DNA of 24,000 bases. It comes from Collinsella sp. GTDB taxonomy: Bacteria > Actinomycetota > Coriobacteriia > Coriobacteriales > Coriobacteriaceae. The notes under the pieces were generated by a model. The model did no database searches. It worked only from the letters and a program-made list of their open reading frames with translations, and was not told the DNA's origin. Positions within the stretch are counted from its first letter, which is position 1. Every line of letters starts with the position of its first letter. Below, in pieces: positions 16,401 to 23,222 of the stretch. A program made the translations under genes and the position numbers. Location of the stretch: NCBI GenBank assembly GCA_047025555.1, contig JBKYCW010000002.1:318190-342189 (forward strand). The letters are read 5' to 3'.

Positions 16401-17258
16401 CTAGTCGACAAAATACCTCTCGAAGGCGTCCATGTTGCGCCGGTCCGCTGCTGCGGGATCATCGAAATACCTTCCATCGGTGATCTCCTGGCCAAGATAG
16501 CCCTCGAACCCATGCGCGTTGAGGACACGCACGAAATCGTCCATGCTGTGCTTTCCATCGCCCCAAACCAGATGGCCGTATGGGTCGCCATCAATGAAGT
16601 GCATGTTCCTTATGGCACCATCGCCAAACTCGGCAAACCACTCTTCAAGGCTCTCGCCGGCGACTCCCATAGCAGTAGTGTCCACCATTGGAGTAAGGTG
16701 CGGGTTGGCTACTTGGTCAAGCATGCGCCTGGCATCCGCGAGTGTAACCACCAAGTTGCTCTCTTCCGGCCTCAGGCTCTCCATGCAGAGGGTCACGCCG
16801 TGCTCGCCGGCATAGTCCGCAAGAATCGCCAAGTGCTCGGCAGAGCGCTTCCAAGCTTCCTCGCGGTCCTCGTCCCAATCGCCCCAACCGGAGTTGATGG
16901 ACATATACGGGGCGCCGAGCACCTCGGCGAGCTCGATGCCGTGCTTGAAGTAAGCGAGGCTCCGCTGCGCGTGGAGGGGCTTTCTGGCAGCGTACTGCCA
17001 CGGATACACCACGTTCTCCGGGCACAGGGAGCTCCCGGAGAGTCCGCGGGACTCGATCTTGCGGCGAAGCTTGTCGGCCTCGAAATACCCCGTGTGGTCC
17101 AGCGTCACGTGCGGCTCGGCCGCCCAAAGCTCGATGGTTTTGAAGCCAAGGCGCTGCTGAACATCAAGGAAATAATCGAGCGACCACATGATGTAGTGAA
17201 TGTTCATGCCGGCGACCTGCTCGCGACGCAGGCGGGGCGCGGAAGCGTTTAAATCCAT
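16401..17258 (-). CDS. Xylose-isomerase-like TIM-barrel sugar (phosphate) isomerase/epimerase, FrlC-like (285 aa)
   Basis: IELWAAEPH, MESLRPEESNLV and GFEGYLGQE parallel FrlC-type epimerases. AGGAGG sits 8 nt before ATG 17258 and overlaps the stop of the upstream transporter gene. Confidence 0.75.
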   Translation of the reverse strand: MDLNASAPRLRREQVAGMNIHYIMWSLDYFLDVQQRLGFKTIELWAAEPHVTLDHTGYFEADKLRRKIESRGLSGSSLCPENVVYPWQYAARKPLHAQRSLAYFKHGIELAEVLGAPYMSINSGWGDWDEDREEAWKRSAEHLAILADYAGEHGVTLCMESLRPEESNLVVTLADARRMLDQVANPHLTPMVDTTAMGVAGESLEEWFAEFGDGAIRNMHFIDGDPYGHLVWGDGKHSMDDFVRVLNAHGFEGYLGQEITDGRYFDDPAAADRRNMDAFERYFVD

Positions 17259-17270
17259 GCTGGGCACCTC

Positions 17271-18734
17271 CTACATCGGCAGTAGGCCGGAGATCACAGT
17301 CGCGACCAATCCGAACAGAACCATGAAGATAAAGAACTTCCAGATGGTCTTCCACCATTGCCCGAAGGAGATCTTCGCCACGGCAAGACCCGCGACGGTC
17401 ATGCCCGCAACGGGGCTGATGGTGTTGACGGTCTGGTTCGCGAACTGCAGAGCGGTGACGGCAGCCCCGGGATTGAGGCCCATAAGCTCGGTCAGCGGGC
17501 CCATGACGGGCATGGTGAGTGCAGCGAGGCCGGAGCTGGAAGGAACCAGCAGCGAAAGCAGGCCGAGGACGATGTACATGAAGGTGGTATAGATGAAGGA
17601 CGGAGCGCCCGCAAGGAGTCCGACGAGCCAGTTAAGAATAGAGTCGATGATCATTCCGCCCTCTGCGACGACCAGGATGCCGCGGGCGATGCCGATGATG
17701 CAGGCTGCGTAGGCGAAGTCGGCGATTCCGCGGACGAACTCCTCCGCAATGGTCTTCTCGTCCAGGCCGCCGAGTATGCCGGCAAGAAGGCCCATGGCCA
17801 GGAACACCATGGAGATCTCGTCCATATACCAGCCCTGGGTAACGAGGCCCCACACGATAACGCCCATGCCGACCGCGAAATCAATGAGGACGAGCTTGTG
17901 GCGAAGCGTGAACTCCTCTTCGATAGAGGCATCGGTGACAGAGAACTCGATGCGCTTCTGCTTATCGTCCTCATAGGTGATGGAGGACTTGGGATCGAGC
18001 TTGACGCGGCGCGCGTAGCGCATGGCCCAGAAAATGCCCGCGGCGGTGAAGATGACCCACAGGATGGCGCGGAGCCAAAGCTGGGGATTTCCCTCGATGC
18101 CGATAACGCCCTGGGCGATCAGCACGTTGAAAGGATCAATAGTGGATGCGCAGTAACCAAGGTTGGGGCCGAGGAAGCAGATGATGAACGCGGTCATGGA
18201 GTCATACCCGATGCTCAGCATGATGGGGATGAAGATCGCGTAGAACGGCAGCGCCTCCTCGGACATGCCGAACGTGGTGCCGCAGATCGAGAGCAGGATC
18301 ATGGAGATGGGGATGATCAAGATGTCCTTGTTCTTCAGCTTCTTGATCACGCGGCTCATGCCGGCGTTTAGGGCGTTGGTCTTGGTGACGATGGCGAACG
18401 ATCCGCCGATCAGCAGGACGAACGCGACGACATCGGCCGCAGCCTGAATGCCCTTGGCGGGAGCCTGCAGGACGGCATCGATGCCCTGTCGCAGATCGAC
18501 GGTCTCCCCCGTCTCCGAATCGGTGTAGACCTTGTCGACCTCTTGGTACGTTCCGGCTACGGCGACTTCTCGCTCGCCCGCGGCCGTCTGAATGGTCTGG
18601 CGGTCGAACTGACCCGATGGGACGATCCATGTGAGCACCGCGAAGAACACGATCAGCATGAACGCGATGGTGTACACATGGGGAAGCTGGAGATGGAATC
18701 TGCGCTTGGGCTTCTCCTGTTTGGCATCCGGCAT
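17271..18734 (-). CDS. YfcC-family (DcuC/C4-dicarboxylate anaerobic carrier superfamily) polytopic transporter, 487 aa
   Basis: An N-terminal basic stretch is followed by a TM (HVYTIAFMLIVFFAVLTWIVPSGQFD). FGMSEEALPFYAIFIPIMLSIGYDS and SSSGLAALTMPVMGPL closely match E. coli YfcC as I recall it. AGGAGG sits 6 nt before ATG 18734. Confidence 0.85.
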   Translation of the reverse strand: MPDAKQEKPKRRFHLQLPHVYTIAFMLIVFFAVLTWIVPSGQFDRQTIQTAAGEREVAVAGTYQEVDKVYTDSETGETVDLRQGIDAVLQAPAKGIQAAADVVAFVLLIGGSFAIVTKTNALNAGMSRVIKKLKNKDILIIPISMILLSICGTTFGMSEEALPFYAIFIPIMLSIGYDSMTAFIICFLGPNLGYCASTIDPFNVLIAQGVIGIEGNPQLWLRAILWVIFTAAGIFWAMRYARRVKLDPKSSITYEDDKQKRIEFSVTDASIEEEFTLRHKLVLIDFAVGMGVIVWGLVTQGWYMDEISMVFLAMGLLAGILGGLDEKTIAEEFVRGIADFAYAACIIGIARGILVVAEGGMIIDSILNWLVGLLAGAPSFIYTTFMYIVLGLLSLLVPSSSGLAALTMPVMGPLTELMGLNPGAAVTALQFANQTVNTISPVAGMTVAGLAVAKISFGQWWKTIWKFFIFMVLFGLVATVISGLLPM

Positions 18735-18788
18735 TCTTAACCTCCTGCCAGAGCAACGATGCTTGCCAAAAATCCTTCACGTATAGGC

Positions 18789-18809
18789 AAACATCTTAGG
18801 TTGTTCTAT
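18789..18809 (-). promoter_or_regulatory. Direct repeat copy 1 (candidate operator overlapping the predicted transcription start)
   Basis: The plus strand reads AAACATCTTAGGTTGTTCTAT. It is 20/21 identical to copy 2 and abuts or overlaps the -10 hexamer. Confidence 0.5.
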
Positions 18810-18837
18810 GTATAACCTGCATGAAGGCGTCGGTCAA
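18809..18837 (-). promoter_or_regulatory. Candidate sigma-70-type promoter of the transporter-frlCBD operon
   Basis: On the minus strand, TTGACC (18832-18837), a 17-nt spacer and TATACA (18809-18814) lie about 75 nt upstream of the ATG at 18734, in a locally AT-rich intergenic region. Confidence 0.4.
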
Positions 18838-18838
18838 G

Positions 18839-18859
18839 AAACATATTAGGTTGTTCTAT
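18839..18859 (-). promoter_or_regulatory. Direct repeat copy 2 (candidate operator/UAS just upstream of the -35)
   Basis: The plus strand reads AAACATATTAGGTTGTTCTAT, exactly 50 bp from copy 1 in the same orientation. Confidence 0.5.
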
Positions 18860-18931
18860 AAGTGGTAACTTTTACGCGCTAAACGGACCTGCCGCGGCAA
18901 TACGAGAACAGCGCTGTGTGAGACAGAGCCG

Positions 18932-19666
18932 CTAGATATCGAAGCTGTAGCGCGAACCCACGTAGTACTGTCTGCCATAGCAGAAGCGCTCTCCGTTGGA
19001 ATCGAGAAAGCCCGCGTTCATGAAGAACAGCGGCTCCCCTACTGGGACCTTGAGCTCGCGGGCGGCATCAATTCCCGCACGGGCGATCTCCAGCCTGCAG
19101 GGATCGGACGAGCAGGGATACCTACCCGTACGCTCCCCCACGGCCTCGAATATCGAACAATTGGAGAGACCGATATCTTTGAGAAATTCGAATCCATCGA
19201 CAGGATAGTAGTTGTTCTCGAACAGGACCGGCACGCCGTCTGCGGTACGCACGCGTGAGACCAAGATGAGGTCAGAGCCTTCATCCAAGCCAAAGAAAGA
19301 AGCGAGGTCGCGATCGGCGGCAACGGTCTTGCGGGCAACGACGCGAGCGCCCGCCTTCATGCCGTTTTCAGCGCATGCTTGGGTAAAACTCTGAACATCG
19401 TCCTTCTGATGCACCTTGCGAATTATCTTTGTCGCGGTCACAAACGTACCACGCCCCTGCCGCTTGGTGAGATACCCCTCGCCCACAAGCTCCTCTATTG
19501 CGCGGCGAACCGTGACCCTTCCCACGCCGTACATCTTAGAAAGCTCAAGTTCCGTTGGAATCTGCGAGTCAACGGGATATGTCCCCTGTTCGATATCGCT
19601 CTTAAGCAAATCGAGCACCTGTTGATACAGCGGGGCGGAAGAGCCCCCATCCAGATGCGCATCCAC
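18932..19666 (-). CDS. GntR/HutC-family transcriptional regulator with a UTRA effector domain (FrlR-like), 244 aa
   Basis: The winged-HTH is LYQQVLDLLKSDIEQGTYPVDSQIPTELELSKMYGVGRVTVRRAIEELVGEGYLTKRQGRGTFV, followed by a UTRA-like C-terminal half. GTG start at 19666 has GGGAGAG 5 nt upstream. It sits directly upstream of the frl-like operon. Confidence 0.85.
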   Translation of the reverse strand: MDAHLDGGSSAPLYQQVLDLLKSDIEQGTYPVDSQIPTELELSKMYGVGRVTVRRAIEELVGEGYLTKRQGRGTFVTATKIIRKVHQKDDVQSFTQACAENGMKAGARVVARKTVAADRDLASFFGLDEGSDLILVSRVRTADGVPVLFENNYYPVDGFEFLKDIGLSNCSIFEAVGERTGRYPCSSDPCRLEIARAGIDAARELKVPVGEPLFFMNAGFLDSNGERFCYGRQYYVGSRYSFDI

Positions 19667-19920
19667 AAAAACTCTCCCTTTAAGGCGTTCGCGATCTCAA
19701 CGACTCCATTCTACCGCACACGGAAAAATGAGGTTAAACACATAGGGGCCCTGCATGTTTGAGCGTATCGGGAATCTGGTCGCTGATTTCGTCCGCATTT
19801 GCTTGCGAAAAACCAAAACGCTCCTCGCGCTTGGCGAACACGGTGAGGCCCGCCGCCTTGCACGCAGCGATCGATGATGCTCGTGTGATGTTGGCTTCCT
19901 TCCTTTGCTTGCGAGGCGCG

Positions 19921-22674
19921 TCACTCGTCCTGCTGAGCCGCGGGCCCATCGTTCGGCGTGGCCTGCCTGCGCGGGGCATGCCGGGAATTGATGTAGTCGT
20001 ATGCGTAGGCGATCTCCGCGACGGGGACCTCCACGTGGTAATGGGCGGAAATGTCAGAGAAGCTCGTGCGGAATGCCTCGACGAAATCGTTGTGTTCATT
20101 GGCGAAGCGCTGCTCGTCTGCGTAGTTCTCGATGGGGCTTCTGGTCACGAGGCGCTCCACGAGACAACACAGGTGCACGTAGAGCCCCATGCTCACACGA
20201 GCGCCAATCACGTCTCCGGTGAGCTGCTGGAGCCGCTCTGCGGCACTCTCGATTTCGCCGAAGAGCTTGTTGGGGTTAAGGATTGTGATGGACTCGACCA
20301 CGTTCCTGAGGGTCATGTTCTTGACGAGATTCTGGTGGAACGTGCGCAAGCTGTCAGCGTCGAGCAAGCGTGCGAAGGCGCGGTCTATCTGGGCCGTTCC
20401 TTCGCCGGCGATGAGTTCCTCGAGCGAAATGAACGGGACTCCGTCGGCGTGCGGATTGTCCGTGCCGATGACCGAGCGCACGTTGTACTGGGAGAAGGCG
20501 GCATCCTCAGATCCGTTATTGGCGAGCTGCCGCCAGTCAACGGCGACAAGCCGCGCGGGGGACTCGCCAGGCAGGCTCTGCGCCACGAGATCGCGGATCC
20601 GCGCAGCTGCGTCAAGTCCGCCTTCGGAGCAGAAGACAATCGCGTCCGGTCGGGCGTTGCGCGCCACGATGTGATAATTACAGGTGCAAGCTGCCGCAGC
20701 ATCGTCGAGAACCTCTCGCACGGAGCGACCCGCGATAAGTCCGGCGCCAACCTCCACCGCAAGGCCGGTAGAGGCGTTGTTTATGATGCCGAGCGTCATG
20801 CCGGAGGTGGATTCCAGACTCTTATAAATATCCTGGAGCGATCCCATGTCCACGAGGATGACGACCTCGTCTGCGTAGGAGAAGCGGTCGATGATTTGCT
20901 GAAGAGGAACAGCGACGTCCGTAACCTTCTGGTCGTAGGGCATGTCGATGGCCTCGAAGACCCTCGTGTCAAGAATCCGATTGGCGGCGTCGGCGATGCT
21001 CGTGGCGGTCGAGTAGCCATGACTGAGGACGATACCGACGCTCCGACGACGCTTAGACGGGTCGAGTGCGAGTGCCGCATGCGCAAGGACGAGCAGACAC
21101 GTGAGATCGTCGAGTGCGATGCCGAGCGTGGCCTTGAGTTCATCAGCGATGCAGGCGCAGACAGTAACGGCAAAGCGGTTGCGCTGGGCCACGACGCCGC
21201 GCATGCCGGAAAGCTCGCTTGCATGGGAGCTCTTCCAACGCGAGAGGCTTGCGGGCGGCCACAGCTGGAGGCAGATGCCCTGGGCGATTAGATGCGAGCT
21301 CTTTCGGGACAAATCGATCGAGTAGAGTTCGTTCACGGAAGTGACGACGCTGTCGGCGATCTGCTCGTATGCGTCGGACTTCGAGCGGCCCGGGTTTTGC
21401 CCGAACGCCAGGTAGTCCTCGAGGTCGCGGGCTCGCTCCACCAGCTGAGCGCTGCACGCGCCCCCATCAAGCGTGCCTTCGCGATAGCTCTCGTATGGCT
21501 CCAGCATGGCGTCGAGTACATGCCGTGCGCGGTCGTCCGCCTGGCTTTGGATGCTCCGGGTGGTGTCGATGAGCTGCATGTCGTTCTCGCTGCGCTCGAG
21601 TGCGGAGCCGGCAAGGATTGCGGAGGGAAGCTGGTAGGTGCGAATCTCCAGGCTGTCACCCTTCGTGTCTAGATAGGCCTCGGCGCAACAGTTGGTGATG
21701 CAGTCGCGCAGGCCGCGTACGTTCTCCTCGAAGTTGGTGCCGGCGAGGGCTCGGAAGGCTCCGCGACTTATGAGGATGTCGCGTCCTATGCGTCGGCCCT
21801 CCTCCTTGAGGAAGTGGAGAGTCAGTTCCTCACGCTCCTCCTGGGTGCGCTCGCGCAGAGACGGCACCTGGGCGGACATGGGGATGCGACGCGTGAGGCT
21901 GCGGCACTCGGTACTGTCTGCCTCGTTTGAGGTGGCAAAGATAAGGCGCACAGCAGGGGCTGGCACAATGGCGCCCGCCTGTGCGGAGGCCCACTCCAAG
22001 AGCGCGTCCTGGGCAGCGGGTGAGAGGGCGTCGACGTCCTTGAGATAAACGATGCCGCCGCTCGCCCGATCTGCAGGCCCGCCATCTGCGCACAGGTCGT
22101 GAGTGAGCGCGCGGGCATCGTCTGCGTAATGCGAGCAGTCGATGCTCACAAGCTTGGCTTCCTGCTGCAGGACGCCGACGTTCTTGCCGTATTCGAGGGC
22201 AAGTTCGGCGAGTAGACCCTTGCCGGTTCCCGAGGCGCCACAGAGCAGGATGGGCAGGCCAGCTGGCGGGTACTTGAGCGCGGCGCAGAGCTGGCTGATG
22301 CAGGGCGCAAGGCTCAGCTCGTGACCGATTGCGCGGTCGAAGTCGAGTCGCTCGCCGTTTCCGAGCGTGGCGAAGAGCTGCTCGACCGAAGGGTAGGTGC
22401 TACGCTCAATGCGAGACTGGAAGAAGCGTTCGAGGGAGCGGCGGTGGAAGTAGCACACCGGTCGTGCCCCTGCTTTCACCACGAGGCCAGCGCGCACGAG
22501 CTCGTTGAGATACTGACTTGCCAGGCTGCGCGAGATGGCGAGCGAGTCGGTTATAGATGCCGTGGTGAAGTGGTCGAGACGGTTCTGGATGCGCCCGCCC
22601 CGCGTGCTGCCAAGCTCGCGCGTGATGCGATCGAGGTAGGCAAGCAGGTCTTTCTGTGTCTCGGGGATGTTCAT
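19921..22674 (-). CDS. LevR-architecture regulator (HTH, AAA+ sigma-54-interaction-like, PRD, EIIA-Man, EIIB-Gat-like, PRD), 917 aa, with a degenerate AAA+ module
   Basis: MNIPETQKDLLAYLDRI.. begins at ATG 22674, with AGGAGG 9 nt upstream. Walker A is CGASGTGKG. Also present are RRIPMSAQVPSLRERTQEERE, an EIIA-Man-like segment (SVGIVLSHGYSTATS), an EIIB-like segment (AIVFCSEGG) and two PRD-like helical regions. The 93 upstream codons of the track ORF are rejected. Confidence 0.8.
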   Translation of the reverse strand: MNIPETQKDLLAYLDRITRELGSTRGGRIQNRLDHFTTASITDSLAISRSLASQYLNELVRAGLVVKAGARPVCYFHRRSLERFFQSRIERSTYPSVEQLFATLGNGERLDFDRAIGHELSLAPCISQLCAALKYPPAGLPILLCGASGTGKGLLAELALEYGKNVGVLQQEAKLVSIDCSHYADDARALTHDLCADGGPADRASGGIVYLKDVDALSPAAQDALLEWASAQAGAIVPAPAVRLIFATSNEADSTECRSLTRRIPMSAQVPSLRERTQEEREELTLHFLKEEGRRIGRDILISRGAFRALAGTNFEENVRGLRDCITNCCAEAYLDTKGDSLEIRTYQLPSAILAGSALERSENDMQLIDTTRSIQSQADDRARHVLDAMLEPYESYREGTLDGGACSAQLVERARDLEDYLAFGQNPGRSKSDAYEQIADSVVTSVNELYSIDLSRKSSHLIAQGICLQLWPPASLSRWKSSHASELSGMRGVVAQRNRFAVTVCACIADELKATLGIALDDLTCLLVLAHAALALDPSKRRRSVGIVLSHGYSTATSIADAANRILDTRVFEAIDMPYDQKVTDVAVPLQQIIDRFSYADEVVILVDMGSLQDIYKSLESTSGMTLGIINNASTGLAVEVGAGLIAGRSVREVLDDAAAACTCNYHIVARNARPDAIVFCSEGGLDAAARIRDLVAQSLPGESPARLVAVDWRQLANNGSEDAAFSQYNVRSVIGTDNPHADGVPFISLEELIAGEGTAQIDRAFARLLDADSLRTFHQNLVKNMTLRNVVESITILNPNKLFGEIESAAERLQQLTGDVIGARVSMGLYVHLCCLVERLVTRSPIENYADEQRFANEHNDFVEAFRTSFSDISAHYHVEVPVAEIAYAYDYINSRHAPRRQATPNDGPAAQQDE

Positions 22675-22788
22675 GCGGCTGGTCCTCCTTTCGTCCCACA
22701 CCTTACGGGCGGGGTGGTGCTCGGGACGGGTTGGCGCCCGCGTTTTGTCACGGGCACGTGAACTTCGGCACTCCATGATACATCTGTA

Positions 22789-23076
22789 GTGGCATATGGC
22801 GACTTCTCGACACCTGCGCTCGACACAGCGAGCGGCAACAGCGCTGTCCGCCGAGCGCCTCACGGGCGTATCCCAACCGTAGGAGTGCGCTTTGCCACCT
22901 TTGACTGCCTCCCTGTCGGCAAGCGGCTCGCCGTTCGCTCCGTCTCTGACCACATCGCTCGAATCGACTCTGCCGCCGGCGCTGTGGTGGCCGTCGTGCC
23001 CGCAAAGGTCATCAAGCAGGCCGACGAGGTCACCGCGGGCAAGGTCTCCCTCGTCGACGCACTCAGGAATCTGTAG
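22789..23076 (+). CDS. Candidate orphan small protein (95 aa) or gene remnant, divergent from the LevR-like gene
   Basis: GC3 is strongly C/G-biased like real genes here, especially in the C-terminal 60 codons (..KRLAVRSVSDHIARIDSAAGAVVAVVPAKVIKQADEVTAGKVSLVDALRNL). The SD before ATG 22789 is weak, and no family is recognised. Confidence 0.3.
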   Translation: MAYGDFSTPALDTASGNSAVRRAPHGRIPTVGVRFATFDCLPVGKRLAVRSVSDHIARIDSAAGAVVAVVPAKVIKQADEVTAGKVSLVDALRNL

Positions 23077-23222
23077 GCGAGGCCCCTAAGGCCGCCTCGC
23101 TGTCGGCAGCCCGGGGCCATGTGCCATCAGGGCACAGGACGAGTCCGGTCGCCGGAATGCGGCCGGACCCGTTGTTCGCGTGTTTTGCTGGGGGAGTCGC
23201 TGTGGCGACGAGGTTCACTGGC

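Noticed and set aside
18752-18768. Sigma-54-like -24/-12 element on the minus strand (TGGCAAGCATCGTTGCT), just upstream of the transporter gene and next to a LevR-like regulator
   Set aside because: The GG-to-GC spacing is 11 nt instead of the invariant 10. The implied transcription start would fall inside the AGGAGG SD, leaving almost no leader. The neighbouring regulator lacks GAFTGA. It could be a fossil of an ancestral sigma-54 promoter, but it is not called as functional. An rpoN search of the genome and 5' end mapping would settle it.
19759-21291. A 510-aa plus-strand ORF antisense to the LevR-like gene. Similar long antisense ORFs include 15260..16483, 16512..17252, 17358..18371, 986..1729, 7576..8250, 6742..7512, 9662..10294 and 13256..13882.
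   Set aside because: These are typical high-GC shadow ORFs. They are Arg/Gly/Ala/Asp-rich, contain no motifs, and each fully overlaps a gene with clear family signatures on the other strand.
23067-23095. Hairpin GCGAGGCC..GGCCGCCTCGC after the orphan ORF, plus small hairpins at 23121-23135 and 23197-23210 downstream of the GH32 stop
   Set aside because: The stems are short or bulged, and neither strand has a U-tract. They are not called as terminators.
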